Below, in pieces: positions 46,866-61,022 of a stretch of 64,000 nucleotides of DNA (position 1 is its first letter; each line of letters opens with the position of its first letter). The position numbers and the translations under genes are program-made. The notes below the pieces were generated by a model. It was not told the origin of the DNA. It ran no database searches and worked only from the letters and a program-made list of their open reading frames with translations. The stretch spans positions 186,001 to 250,000 of the forward strand of contig JAVKOQ020000010.1 of the NCBI GenBank assembly GCA_031835245.2, read 5' to 3'. Source of the stretch: Balamuthia mandrillaris. Lineage: Eukaryota.

Positions 46866-47307
46866 GGCGATGAGTTGCTTGCTGGCTTCCCACCCTTTTC
46901 CCCTCCCCCTTTATCCCTCGCACCCCTTTTTGTTGCAGTTGTTTTTTTGGGTGTGTGTGATGCTTGATTTTTTGGCGGGAAGGCGTGGGTGGTCCTGGCA
47001 GCCTGCGCATTTTGGGAGGAAGTTGTGCAGGGCAGCCCAACAAAAAAAAAAACACATGAGGGGTATTTGGAAAATTCAGCTTCAGCGAAACTCCAACAGC
47101 AGCAGCAGCAAGAAGAAGTGCAAAAGCATGACCTGAGGAGTGCTTGCTACTGCCGCTGCTGCTAAAAACCAACCCAACCCAAACAACAACAGAAACCCTG
47201 AAAGACGAAAAGCACACCACCAACCGCCTTGACTGGGTAGTTGTTGTCAGGGGAGAAAAAAAAAGCAAAACAACAACAATAATAAGCAGCCTACCACCAC
47301 CACCAGC

Positions 47308-48477
47308 ATGCTGTGCTTGAAGGTTCGGTTGGAAGAGGAGGTGCGCAGGTTCTCCGTGCCTCAGGACATTGGCTTCTCGGAGCTTCGCAAGGCCGTTGCC
47401 AACATGTTCTCCGTGGCGCCTGAGCAGAGCCTGGTGCTGCGCTACCTCGACGACGAGCGGGAGGTCTGCACGCTGGGCTCCGACCTGGAGCTGGAGGAGG
47501 CCAAGCGTTTGCTGCCAGTGCTGGGCCTGCCTTTGCGGCTGGAGGTCAGCCTTCGCTCTGCTGCTTCTTCTCAAGTCAGCGCCCCTCAGCAGGAGGAGGA
47601 AGAGGAGGGGCAGGAGCAGCCTCAAGAGAACGAGGAGAGACTAAAAGCACAAGAGATTCCAGAGCCAAACAAGGCACTGGACTCCTCTTTTGTGAAAGGT
47701 TCCCCCCCCCCCCCGCCAGTTGGTTGCCCTTTAAACTAACAAGCGCTTTTCATTATAATAGATGTGACCATCGAGGATGGTGCTCAGGTCTCTGTCGGCT
47801 CCAAGTTCAAGAAAATATGGCGCATAAGAAACTCGGGAAGCCAAGCCTGGCCCGCTGATTGCGTGCTGAAGGTGGTCCACCCTGAGACCATGGACTTGTT
47901 GGGCGGTGGCTCGGGTCAGGTACGCCTTGCCAACGCCGTTCCTCCTGGTCAGGAAATGGACATTGCTGTGCAGCTGGTCGCTGCCTCCAAGCCTGGTTCG
48001 TCCATCCCCCTCCTCCTCACCTTCCCCCTAACAACAACAATTTCCTTGCTTACTCTCCCCCCCCTCCTCCTCTCTTGCGCAATAAAAAAAGGCCGCTATT
48101 GTTGCCATTGGCGGCTGTTCCATGGGGATGAGGCCTTTGGTGCACGCATCTGGTGTGACGTCAATGTAGTTCCTTTGCAAGGCTCCCCTGCTGGTTTGGA
48201 GGTCAGCCAACCCAAACAACAAAAGGAACAGCCCAAGGAACAACCCAAGAAAGAAGAAAAGGAAGTGGCGCAGCAACCGCAAACAGAGGATACCAAGCCC
48301 AGTGACCCCAAGCAACCAGAGCAGGCGCAGGCAGTGACAGCGCCGCCCGCCAAGTGGGCAAAGCAGCTGCAGGTGCTCGCTGAGATGGGCTTCCACCAAA
48401 GCGATACGGTGGTGCCCTTGCTTGATAACTATGACGGCGATGTGCAGCGCACTCTTGAGCACCTCTTGGGCCTTTAA
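47308..48477 (+). CDS. NBR1/p62-like selective autophagy receptor (PB1 - FW/NBR1 - UBA)
   Basis: PB1 LKVRLEEEVRRF...LRYLDDEREVCTL; FW DVTIEDG...FKKIWRIRNSGSQAWP...HWRL...FGARIWCDVNV; UBA LQVLAEMGF...YDGDVQRTLEHLL. Confidence 0.85.
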
Positions 48478-48894
48478 CCGTTTTCAGAAAAGCTCCCAGG
48501 CGGAGGTCTCCCCCCACAGGGCTGGCGGAAGTAGCTGGCCTGCTGTACATATTGATGTATCTATTCTGGCAATGGAGATCACCGCCCTCGATAGGGCTGG
48601 GTTTACCACCATCTTAACCATAAAACCAGTCTTTTGTACCTAGCTGTGTCTGCCCCTTCCTGCATAATACCCCTAGGGGGATTTTTCTTTGCAGCAGCAG
48701 GTGGGGCACGGGGGCAAGGACGGGGTCGCCGCGACCTGACCCCCCACCACCTCCGAAGTTGCCCTCCCAAGCAAACACGGCACAGAAAATTATTTGTTTT
48801 TTTTTGTTTAGTTTATTTCTATAGTTCGAACAACAGCAACAAAGAAAAAACGGGAGAGCAGAGAGCAGCTGCCGACGAAAGCCACAGCAAGAAA

Positions 48895-49864
48895 ATGGAG
48901 GGTAACCATACCAATGCTTCTTCCTCGTGTAGGCGAGCTGCTGTCCTCGCCAACCACCTCGCCACTGGTGCACCCGCCGCCCCTGCCCCCGCATTGAGCA
49001 CCATGGGTGTTGCTGGCACCGCCCAAACCCGTCCGTTCGCCCCAATGAGTGAGTGCAACCTCTCTCTCTCTCTTTTGCTCTTCTCTCGCTCTCTCATCTC
49101 TTGAGTTTTTGATCATTAATTTTCGTTTTTGTAAAGAATCGGACTTCTTTCAGCTGGATGATTTGTTGACGGAGGAGCAACGCAGCATTCGCAAGCGTGT
49201 GAGAGAGTTCATGGAAGTGGAAATAGCTCCACATGTACGTAGTCATGGTTTTGATGAGGTGACGGTTGTTAATCTTCATTTAAATTGTGCACTTGGTTTA
49301 CTATCAGGTGAACGAGTACTATGATAAAGCTGAATTTCCCTACGAACTTGTGCCCAAGTTTAAGAACCTGAACTTGGCTGGCGCCCACATCAAAGGCTAC
49401 GGCTGTCCGGTCCGTGTTTTTATCGCTTTTATTAATTTTTCCTTCAACAAGCCTTGCTAGTGCCTAACAGTCATCATGCTTACATTTGCTGCGTACAGGG
49501 TCTTAGCCATATCGCCTCTGCTATGATGGTTGTGGAAATGTCTCGTGTTGATGCCAGCATGGCCACTTTCTTCATGGTCCATAACTGTTTGGGCATGCTC
49601 TCCATTGACCTCTGCGGCAATGAAGAACAAAAGCAAAGGTAATGAACAAACGCTTGGTTCTCCTCAAAAAAGTCTATCAGTTTACTGACACTTTGCAACA
49701 GGTTTTTGCCGCCTATGGCCCGTATGGAAAAGATAGGCGCCTTTGGTCTTACTGAACCCGACTTTGGAAGTGACGCTAGGTACCCACCAGAATCTTGTTT
49801 CGATGCAAATCGTTGTTTCTTCAGGACTGACAATCTCATCATGCTCTCTCTCTCATTCTCTCAT

Positions 49865-49905
<41 letters not shown>

Positions 49906-51131
49906 TCTCTCGACTCTCCTGTCTTTTTGTCGCAGCTCATTGCAGACAACTGCTAAGCGTGTCTCGGGCGGGTGGATCCTGAACGGAAAGAAGAGGTGGA
50001 TTGGTAACGCGACCTTTGCGGACGTGGTGATCATCTGGGCACGCAACACAGAAACCGATCAGGTCAACGGTTTTATCGTTGAAAAAGGCGCGAAGGGCTA
50101 TTCTGCCACGAAAATTGAGAACAAAATATCTTTGCGAATGGTCCACAAGTGCGTCATTGTGCCCATCATGTCTTCTTCTCTACTCACTTTATTATCACAA
50201 TGTTGACTCAAAACTCTTCTCTTAGCGCTGACATTACGCTGACTGATTGCTTTGTTCCCGACCACAACCGCTTGGGTAATGCTGAATCGTTTACTACAGG
50301 TGTGGCCAGGGTGTTGGCGGTGTCGAGAATCATGGTCGGTAAGTTTCAATTTTAGGGTTACAGTACGCCCCTTCTAGTCTCTTCTCTCCCTTGCATGCGC
50401 TCTTTCCTCTCCCCTCTTTCTCCCTCTCCTCCTCTCTTCTCCTACTCTCGATTTTTTTTTTGTGCGTTCCTTAAACGGACCTATACAGCTTGGCAGCCAG
50501 TGGGCATGGCTATGGGCATCTATGACAATTGCCTCAAGTACTTGAAAGAGAGAGAGCAGTTTGGTGTCCCATTAGCCAGTTTTCAGGTAACCGTTTTTAC
50601 CAACTCATTTGAGTATTGGCTTCTGATCCTCATCACCACACACCAGCTTATTCAAGAGAGGTTAGTTCGTATTCTTGGCAATATCCAGGCCATGGCCCTT
50701 TTAGCTTGGAGGTTAAGCTCTCTCTACGAAGCTGGTAAATTGACTCCAGGGAAAGCCAGTTTAGTAAAGGTTACTTTCCCTTCCGCCCGTACGTTGTTCA
50801 TGGCTCGCCGCTAACAATCATAAACCAAACCAGGCCTGGAATTCGCTGCGTGGAAGAGAATGTGCTCAACTGGGCAGAGAGATTCTTGGTGGTAATGGAA
50901 TTGTTACCGACTTCCATGTGGCGCGTGCCTTTGCTGATATGGAATCCATTTACTCTTATGAGGGCACTTACGATGTTAACACCTTGTACGTAATTTACCA
51001 TTCCACCATTTCCATGCTGTATGCTCCGTTCAGCTGACTAGGGACGCCCAAACAGGATTGCCGGAAGAGAAGCTACCGACATCCCTGCATTCAAAGTACC
51101 AAAGCAAAAGCAGAAAAAGCAGACTGCGTAA
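48895..51131 (+). CDS. Peroxisomal acyl-CoA oxidase 4-like / glutaryl-CoA dehydrogenase family flavoprotein, multi-exon
   Basis: [86 protein letters not shown]-terminal PTS2-like RAAVLANHL. Confidence 0.88.
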
Positions 51132-51252
51132 ACCCGCGAAGAAGAACTTAATCTGCCCCAAAAACTCTTCATAAATAATACTAAAAATAACACGAGCATC
51201 CATGAATTGGAGCTGTACAATGTAATCAAAAGCACTCGTTTGCAACCTTCTC

Positions 51253-54200
51253 TTACGTCACTGAAGAAGAAGAAACAGTAGAAGAAGGCGACGAAGAAGC
51301 TTTGGTAGAAGTGATAGGAGTGGAAGGTGGAGTAGGAGGAAGAGGACTTCGAGCCTTCAATAAAAATTTTTGGGTGCTGGCAAAATCGACTCGCTGTGGG
51401 ATGCCTCGTATCTTGGGCTTCATGTTTTTGAGATAGGCATTCAGCTTGAAATGCATCGGTTGCTTCTGTCCTTCTGACAAGTCTTTGGAGAGGGCCAACA
51501 GGAACTCATTTGTCAGCCGTTGCTGTGCAGCGCGGAGGGCAGGAGGAAGAGTAAGGGTTGATGAGTGGAGCCCTCCTCCTCTGGTGTGTTGGGCAGCAAT
51601 GTAGAGATGGACATTTAAGGCAAAGCTGTTCGAACGGCTGCGTCGGCGGGTGCTGTGCCTGGCGCTTCCACGCGACGAGCCACCAACGTGGTTTGGTGGT
51701 GGCGTATAGCAGAAACGCAACGCGGGAAGCAACAGGATCTCAGCTCCAACGTGCACACAGTTGTGAAAGAGACTTGGCGTAGGGTCGCTGTAGTGAGACA
51801 CCCGCAACAAAGGTACTGACTGCATTTCGGCAAGCTCCCGCTCCTGACATAACAAAAGCATACGCGGCTGCGCAAATGTTATGACCCGTTCCACTTGGAA
51901 GCCCTGCCGCTTCAGCGTTGCGGAGAGAAACATGGCAAGCACAGCGCCTAGTCCATGCCCTGCGACGTACAGCGAGTAATCCTTGCAAAGTTGGAGCTGG
52001 CACAACTCGCTGTTGGCTATGTCTTGCGTTCGTTGAGAGAGGCCGTAGTAGTCAGAAGGTAAGAAGGCAATTCCATCCTTAGCGATGGCTTCTTTGGTCT
52101 GTTGTATTGTTGGAATAGAGTGTGGCCATTCGCTGTGTGTAGAGGAAGAGGATGTATTTGAAGGTATCTCACCTGAGGAAGTTAGATTCGTGGATGAAGA
52201 GGAGGACAGTGTGCTGCCGTTGCTGTCAATATTCCACAAAGGTGCACAAATGATCAACTTTTGAGCTTTTCTGCGTGGATAACGTACAACAAAGCAACGT
52301 ACACCGTTGATTTGTTCCGTGAAAGTGTAATCTCCTCCATACGTTTCTTTGATGGCGCGGTCTGACCTGTAGCATGTGGCACACATGGTTGCTAAAGTGT
52401 GCAAAAGTCGCCAATCAAAGCAGAGCTCTGCCCCGTTTTTTGTGCTTTCACCAACAGCAATGGTGCTCTCCATATCCCTCCTGCTTGACGTGCTAGTAAT
52501 AAGAGTGTGAGTAATGCGGCTGCTCTTTCCTGGTAGTGATTCATCCAGATTGTCAACGGCATCCTCGCTGGTTGAGTCCTTCCCATCTTCGTAGGTTTGA
52601 CTCCGTTTCGTCTTGCTGTCTTTTTCCTTCTCCTTCTCTTTTTCCCGTGCTAAAGCGCCAGTACCTCGAAGCGATCCTGAGAGAATGGAGTGAATGGTTT
52701 GTCTTCGTGCTTGTTGCATTGCCTTCCGCTTGTTTATCATCTCATGGAAAGGAGACCTGAAGATATTAGCGCGTAGAGCCGAAATCCATTCTTCCATATC
52801 CTTTTCCGAGTCAGCTATCATAACGTAGGCATCGTGGTGGCCTTGAACCGTAACACCGCCAACCATTTTACATGCTGTAATTTGCTGTTTTCCAGGCAGG
52901 TACAATTCGAACTCGTTCTTCTTTTTGGCCTTTCGAACCAACAAGTTGTTCAGTGGAACTATTCCGCACGGACTCTCTGCTCCCCTTGGCGTCATTCCAG
53001 CGCTTGGCTGCAGTTTAATGCATGCATGACATTACGAGAGGCAACACCAAGAAAAAGAGGGGAGGAGGGGAGACGAAAGAGGGACGAACCTCCGAAGGCT
53101 GGTTCTTGTAATAATACAAGCAGTTGTCCGCAAGAACAAACCAGCGCCGCTTTACGGTTTTAATGCGACCACCTTCTTTCATCAGCCATCCACTTTTACC
53201 TGTGGTAGTCCACAAATTGGTGTCCTCTTTCTCCATCTTGATTTGGTTGGATACAATGCTATCATAGATTTGCCCGAGAAACTCTGCGGGTAGATCTCCT
53301 CCTTCACTGATACCGGTGTTGTTGCGAAGGAATTGCTCCTTGGTCATCTTGTTTTTGATGGCGTCATTATGTGCATCCGTATTGAGCATAATGATCGCAA
53401 ACGACAAAAGGTAGGCAGTATCTGGTACACAAAAATTCGGGAGAGGAAAAAAAGGCACAAATAAGCAAAAAAGTCAATTCAGCCTGCACCACAGTAATAC
53501 AGTACCAGTATTAGGGAATACACTATCTGGATTGTCAGCACAGTAGCGGATAGCAAATGCCTCCATAAGCCTGTCGATCTTTTGTGCTTCTCCAGGAAGG
53601 CGAAAGTCGCTTAGGAAGAGCCGAAGACCATCATCTATCCGTAGACCTCGGAAACTGATAGCATCCAGGTAATGTTTCAAAATATCCAAAGTTACAGGAT
53701 CGCTGTAATGTGTATGTGTACCATCAGTTCAGAATGAGTTGGCCTTGTGTTGTAGAATTAGGGAGGAAGAGGGTGTATACATACGGTTCTCCCAAGAAAA
53801 CGCCTATTTGTGTCTTATTGAGCCCTGAAGCGTTGCGAAGAAAGTGCGCAATTTCTTTAGGATCATTAGCACACAATTCCTCTACTATCAGGTATTCTAC
53901 TCCTTTTTTGGGATTTGCATTGAACTTTTCCACAACTTTGAGAAGTCGAGCTTGCTTTTCCTTGTCTTCGGCGTCTTTTCTGCTCATAGATATACATTCA
54001 GTAAGCAACTAAAAAGCAGAGAGGAAGGGGGGGCTTCGTACCTTCTTTTGAGGCCCTCTGCAATGACAGGCTGCATTTCCTCATCAGCAACATCAGAAGG
54101 AGAGACACCTGTCTTATCACATAAGTTGGGGTCAGCGCCTCGATCCATCAATAGTGCTGCCGAGTCTTTAAATCCGTTAAGCACAGCATAGTAGAGCGGG

Positions 54201-57200
54201 GTCTTGCCCTCAAAATCTTGGCAATCTACTTCTGCCTTCTCTTCAAGCAGAAGCTTCACACAAGAGACATGTTCAACGGCATGATGAAGCGGGGTCATGC
54301 CTTGATCATCTGCTGCTTCAACCAATGACCCTCTTTGGATGAGAAGCGATGCACAGCCGTAGTGTCCGTTTAGAACAGCCAAATGGAGGGGGCTGGCTCC
54401 TGTGTTATCGGCACTGTTCAGGTTGGCTTGTAATGCTAGTAGAGCTTTCACGCACTCTGTGTGGCCGTTGAATGCTGCAGATATGTTTGCGTGTTAACAC
54501 TTTCATTCACACACAGCGTCACATAACTTTTTTAGCTTTCATACCTGCGTTATGAAGTGGTGTACCGTCCTCACCGTCTTGACTTTCTACATCAGCGCCA
54601 GCTTGAAGGAGATAGTTAACACATGTCACTTTTCCGGAAAAAGCGGCCTTGTGCAATGGGGTTGCGCCTTCCTCGTCTTGTGTACTCACATCAGCTCCGC
54701 ATTTTATCAACAAATCAACCCTTTTCGCCAACAATTATTGGTATAAATAGAAGGTAAGGTTTAGAGAGGGAGGAAGAGGCCGAAAATGGAACACAAAAAC
54801 AAAGAAAGACACGTACAAAAGTAAATGGCCGAAAAAAGCAGCTTTGTGTAGCGGAGTGGCGCCCTCTTTGTCAGTGATGTTAACGTCCAGGCGTTTGTGC
54901 TTGGTTAAAATCAACGATAAGCACTCGGTGTGTCCATTAATGGCGCAGTAATGCAGTGTAGTTGTGGTATTAGGCTCCAAGGGATCCTGGTTAGCCCCTT
55001 TGTCCAAGAGCAAAGAAACGATTTCTGTATCACCACGGAAGCAAGCGTTGTGCAGAGGGGTATGGTCCGCTTTATCCTTGGCGCGAACGTTGGCTCCTTT
55101 GCTTATCAGGAAGCGAGTGAATTCCACGTTGCCCTTAAAGCAGGTATGGTGTAGAGGAGAAACCTTTCCATCGTCTTGCGCATTGATATTGGCACCAGCC
55201 TCCACCAACGCCATCCCTGCTTCGAGCTTGTTCTTGTAGGCAGCAATGTGAAGAGGGGTCACTCCTTTGTCGTCTTTGACATTCACTTTCGCACCTGTAG
55301 ATATCAAGAATCGTATGGCCTCCGCTTGTCCAGCGTAGGCCGCCATGAAAAGAGGGGTAGAGCCTTCCAGATCAGGACTCTCTAGCTCCGCTTTGTCGTG
55401 CTTCAAAATGCATTCCATAGAGGAGACGTGACCTCGCAGTGCAGCCAGGTGCAATGGGGATACACCCATGTAATCCCTCGTTATCTTGGCTCCATGTTCG
55501 AAGAGCCGCTGCATGGCTTGTGATTGTCCTTCCAGCGCAGCTCTATGCAGGGCCGTTCGCCCTTCTGCATCAACGTTATTTACATTGGCTCCTTCTTTCA
55601 ACAGAAATTCTATACATTGCAAAGCACCATGAGAGGCGGCATGGTGCAAAATAGATGAGCCCTCTTCATCAACACTATTTGGCCCCTCTGCCCGTTTCAG
55701 AGCAGCCTGTAGTTGTTCCAATGCGTCGCTTGAAGCCGCCGCGAACAGTCCCATCGGCGCTAGGTTGGTTGTTCGCGGGGTCCTACCTGCTGATTTTCCT
55801 GTTATGCAATAGTGGCCCAAATTAACGATCAGCCAGTAATAAATAAGAAGACAACATTTGAAAACAGTAGAAAGCAGAGCAACGGTAGGGAAGGAAGAGC
55901 AACAGCCAGAGTAGAGGAAGGTGAAGTAGTAGTACTTGGTGAGGCAAAAATTTGCAAGCTGAACAGCTGAGCAGCATCAGCTCTTCCAGCCCATTGTGTG
56001 TAATCCATGGAAGAGAAGCCCAGATGATCAGCGGCAGCAGGATCAGCCCCCTTCTCCAACAACAATTTGAGTGAGTCTATGCTGCAGCCTCCCCAAGCGG
56101 CGTAGTGGAGAGGCGTGGCTCCGTGCAGGTCCTGCGCGTGGAGCTGAGGTAATGCTATCTGCTCTCCTCCTTCCAATAGAAACCAAAGAGTCTTCTCGAA
56201 CCCTAAAAGGCTGGCAAAGTGGCAGAAGCTCATGCCATGACAATCTCGTAAGCTCCGCAAAGGAGTATCTTTGGTCCGTAGTAGTTGTTCCTGTTGTAGC
56301 AAGCCCAATAAGGCTACGTCCTTCTTATTCATGTCCGCCGGTGGCTCCTTTCGTCCTCGCTCAACATGCTTCTTCAACCTTTTGATTGTTTTTTTACATG
56401 GTTTGGGGGTGCTGCCATCTCCTTCCTTTATCATTACAGTTAACAACATGTCCACTAGCCACTCAAGTGTAGCATGTATATCTGCATGACGGTGCCATTG
56501 CAAGTTAGAACAAGACGACAAACAAGGCCAAAGGAAAAAGAAGGCTAATAAGACGAGAATGAATCGAATGGAGAGAATGGTGCAGGGAAAAAGAAAGGCG
56601 GAATAGAAAGAAACGGCAAGAAGAAATGAAGGCCAACGGAGGGATAGGGTGTACCCTTGTCCATAGGTTTGTCTTCTACGACAATACCCCAAGACATGGG
56701 CAATGGCAGCGGGTTGTTGACAAGCCGCAACCACAGTTGAAACGCGGTGCCATCAGCCATGCGGGAGCAGCTCTCCGTCAAGCGAACGTAGAACAGCAGC
56801 TCGTTGCTGCCAACCACACTGACAACCGGGTAGAGTTCCTCCATGGAAGGCGGAGGCTTGGCTAGTAGAGGCTCCGCCAGTCTCCTCGGGGTTTTGTCTC
56901 TAGTGCCTCGGTGAGGTTTTAAAAGTTTGACCACCGCGTTTTTGCCCTTCTTCTTTGCCAAAATGGCCAGCGCCATGTACAAGTGCAGCCGTTCTCCCGA
57001 GGAAGTGCCCAAGGAGAACAGAATGCCCTGATCCTTGTGATAACGCTCGAAGCGGGCGTCCTCAAGCCGAAGGGCGGAGCCGCTCTCCTCCTGCAGCTGC
57101 ACGCGAAAGCAGGCGCATTGGCCGCGTCGCAAGTAGGCCTGTGGCTGCACCACCCACTCCAAGTTCACCTTTCTTTTTGATTGGCGTTGATTTGTTGCTT

Positions 57201-57389
57201 GGTTAGTTAATAGCTACTGTTTACTACTTTCCTCCGGCCACGATGATTTAATCCATAGCCTTGCAACCAAAAACACAAGGACAACACCCAAACGGTAGTA
57301 GAGAGACGGCCTTACCTTTGTTTTTTCTTGTCCTTATCCACCAGCTCTGGCAAATAGGTCTTGTCAAACTCAGCGCCGCTGCCCTTCAT
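51253..57389 (-). CDS. SecG-like ArfGEF: ankyrin repeats - Sec7 - PH, plus a C-terminal lipase class 3-like domain; multi-exon
   Basis: Many ankyrin repeats; Sec7 FRLPGEAQKIDRLMEAFAIRY, LSFAIIMLNTDAHN; PH KSGWLMKEGGRIKTVKRRWFVL; lipase-like VAGHGLGAVLA...VITFAQPR...SDPTPSL; 5' exon assignment less certain. Confidence 0.82.
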
Positions 57390-57917
57390 TGCGGTGGTTC
57401 GCTCTGCCGGCCTCAGCCAAGCCTCTCCGCCGCGCCGGCTAAGAACGAGCAGCAAAGGCGCCTTGCTAGCGGCGACGTAGCGGCCCTCTTCTGGCTTTTA
57501 GTTATTTTTTTGCGTTACCGCCCACTACCAGCTGCTGCGCCACCCCCACTACACCAGCTCCTGCTGCTCGTGTCTCGTTTGTGCTGCTGCTGCTGCGCGC
57601 AAGTGTTCCTTTTTTTTTTTGTTTACTTTTATTTTTGTTCCAATTATTAATTTATGGGGTGGCGCAGCAGCTGGTCGGGCGAAAAGCCCATAAACTTCGA
57701 CCACGATGCAAAAAGCAGCAAGAGGAGATTTCGGCCGGCCATAACGGAGCACTTTGGTGGTTGGGTTTCTCTCTCTCGGCCGGACATGGTTCTTGTTTGG
57801 GTTTAAAATTAAGAAAAAAATGACCATCTCGTCCTCGTGTCGTTCAGTCCATCCATCCTTACAAACCATTTCCCTTTATTTATTTTTTGTTTCCTTTTTG
57901 TTTGCTGGGTAGATGCT

Positions 57918-58899
57918 TTAGTCCTGTCTGCCTTGCAGCTCCTTCACAATAAACTCTGTGGGTGTCCTGTGGGTAACGGATAGGTCATCATCAACGCTTC
58001 AACAGAGAGAACTAAAAAAAAAAAGAGGAACGACGAAAGAGAAGCGAAAGAGAACGACGAGAGAGAGAGAGAGGGAGAGAGAAGAAGAAGAAAGAATAAA
58101 GAGAGGAAAAAGGAGAAAAAAGAGGCATACATGATGTAAACCACTGCTCCCCATCCACTGAATGCATCTCTGTTTACAGACGAGAGCAAGGCCTGAGAAA
58201 TAACCTCAAAGAGATCCTCAGGTTCCTGTAACGGAATACAAAGGTGATCAGTCTCCTCCAAAACAGTTGGCTACTTGGCGGGGAATGAAGAAGTTACCAG
58301 GTTTGGTTTGTAGAGAGATTCACAGGTTCCATAAAGAGCATCTGTACAGGTGCCAGAGATCACAAAGTCGGCAGCCTTCAGAGGAGCACCAATAAGGTCC
58401 ATTGCAGTGATGAAAGGTTTATGTTCAGGACCCTGCAGTCCAGCTATCACAGGCTCAACAAAGTAGGGACCAAATCTGAGCAACACAGTGAGTCCAGTGC
58501 AAATCCTCTTGACGACAACAAAAGGAACAGAGGAGACGCTTACCGCTTCTCGTAAAGCATGGTAGAGACAAGGTTGGCAAATACCTCAGGCTCCATCTCC
58601 CTGTTCTCCCGAAGTTTATACATATTCATGCGGAACTTGAAGCGGTTGTGACTAGCGCACAAAACAAAGAGAAACTACTGTGAGTCTACCCACGTACAAA
58701 AAGCAGCATCAAAACGGTATACGTACAGCGTCTGTGCATCGGTTGTGAGGCCAGCAAAGCCAATCATGGTCTTATCGTTCATTCTGTGGATCTTGGGCAT
58801 ATCAGTTGCCAGAGTTTGTCCTTGCACGCCAAAGCGAGTGTCACTGAGGGTTTTTTTGCATTCAGAAAGCCAGCCACAAAAAAGCAACAAGAGAGAGAG

Positions 58900-58976
<77 letters not shown>

Positions 58977-59069
58977 AGATGCAGAGAAAGATAAAAACCT
59001 GGCAATGGCCACGCAATCCTTTCCGACCATAGCAATGACAGCTCCTCCATTGTACTCCAAGATCGACAT
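57918..59069 (-). CDS. PSMB3: 20S proteasome subunit beta 3
   Basis: [31 protein letters not shown]...[14 protein letters not shown]...[26 protein letters not shown]. Confidence 0.95.
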
Positions 59070-59527
59070 GGCGAGAGGGGGCAACACAACAACAAAAAAA
59101 AACCGTAGTAAAATGTGAAAACGTGGGAGCACCAACTTCCTCCTCCTTCTTTCCCAACCAAAAAAAAAAAACAGTTGCGCCTCGCACTTTTGCCAGCGCC
59201 CGCTGCTTTGGCACCACCAACACCACAAAGAAATGCCCCCTCGTGCATGATGCTTCTCCAGCAAAACTGCGCGTGGACCTACATCGCCCCTCAAGCGAGC
59301 AAAAAAAAAAAGCTGGAGGTCCTTGTGCTTCCACGAAGAGAAACCAAAGTCACTGCAGAACTGCTACTTACTTGGCTGACGGATAGGTTGGTTGATTGAT
59401 GCTTGGGTTGTGGGAACAACAGTGTGTCTGACTCTCTCTCGCACGCACACACACCAAACATAAAAGGGCATTTGCGTAGCTAGAGGGAATAGGCTTGGAC
59501 AATAGCGCACCAGTGAAACAAACAAAA

Positions 59528-61022
59528 ATGAGCCTTTCCAACGCAATGGAGGAAGAGAGCATGGAGAAAATACCTGACCTGGACCTGGCCCAACAGAGAT
59601 TCCTTTTAACGTTGCCAGAGGACGTGGTCGGTGCAGAGGAGAAGGAAAAGGTGAAGCAAACGCTCTTGGCTGCAATCGAAAAAGACAGTACGTGAAAACT
59701 CTCTTACTGAAGAACTCTTTTGCTTTCGTATGCAAAACACGCTCATTGCTGGCACATTTATGAACAATAGACATGCTTCCTTTCTACCAAGCGCTCTGCG
59801 AACAGTTCAAGTGGAAGCAGGACGCTGCTCTGGTACAGAAAATGAGCGCTGAAATCGATGCTCACTTGAAGAAACTGGATGAAACAATCGCTGATGCAGT
59901 TGAAAACCTTGGAGAGAGCGAAGTTAGGGAGGGTCACTTGGCCAAATCAGACTACCTTTGCAGAATTGGTGACAAGGTAACACATTTCTTCTTTATTATG
60001 TTGGCAACTGCTCCCGGTTTTGTGCTAATCTCGCTTGTTTGTCTCGCGTAGGAAAAAGCCATTAGTTGCTTCAGGGAGACCACTGAAAAGACGGTGGGCT
60101 TGGGACAAAAGCTCGACATAGTGTTCACTCTGATTCGTATGGGTTTCTTCTGGAATGACAACGACCTCATCGTGAGGAATATTGAAAAAGCCAAAAGCAT
60201 GATCGAACAGGGAGGAGATTGGGACAGACGGAACAGACTGAAGGTATATGAGGCCCTCTACAACCTCACCATACGGAACTTCAAACAAGCGGCCACCTTG
60301 TTCTTGGAAGGTCTTGCCACTTTCACATCATACGAGCTGTTCGCCTACAAAGATTTCATTGTCTATACTGTCTTGGTCAGCGTGCTCTCTCTTAACCGCG
60401 TGGAACTGAAGAAAAAGGTACATAAACCTGAGGAATAGATGATATTGTTTGGCGTTGTAACCACTGACCCGTTGATTTTGCTTATCAGGTTATTGACACT
60501 CCTGAAATCCTCTCTGTAAAGAAAGAGATTGGCCGCGTCTATGACTTGCTGGATTCTCTCTACAATAGTCACTACAGCACCTTTTTCTTGTGCTTGGGTA
60601 TGTCTTATGTGTTCCATCTCTTTCAAATTTCGTATCGTAACACTTTTATTTATTCATGTGGGCCTGTGTTTTGTGCAGCGGACATCACCGACGCCATGAA
60701 GCGAGACAGATACATGGCGGCTCATGCACGCTATTTTTGCAGGGAAATGAGAATTGTGGCCTACGCACAGATGCTGGACTCCTACCGAAGCGTTCGCCTG
60801 GAGTCCATGGCCAACGACTTTGGCGTCAGCGCCGAGTTTCTGGACAAGGAGATTTCCCGCTTCGTAGCGGCTGGCAGGTTGCACTGCAAGATCGACAAAG
60901 TGGCCGGTATCATCGAGACCACTCGTCCCGATGCCAGGAACGCCCACTACCACGACGCTATCAAGCAGGGAGACCTCCTTCTCAACCGCGTCTCCAAGTT
61001 GTCCAGAATCATTAACCTGTAG
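59528..61022 (+). CDS. PSMD6: 26S proteasome regulatory subunit Rpn7
   Basis: [35 protein letters not shown] domain [20 protein letters not shown]...[11 protein letters not shown]. Confidence 0.95.

Noticed and set aside
59070..59527. Yeast-type PACE element (GGTGGCAAA) in the proteasome bidirectional promoter
   Set aside because: Only partial matches seen; no exact motif
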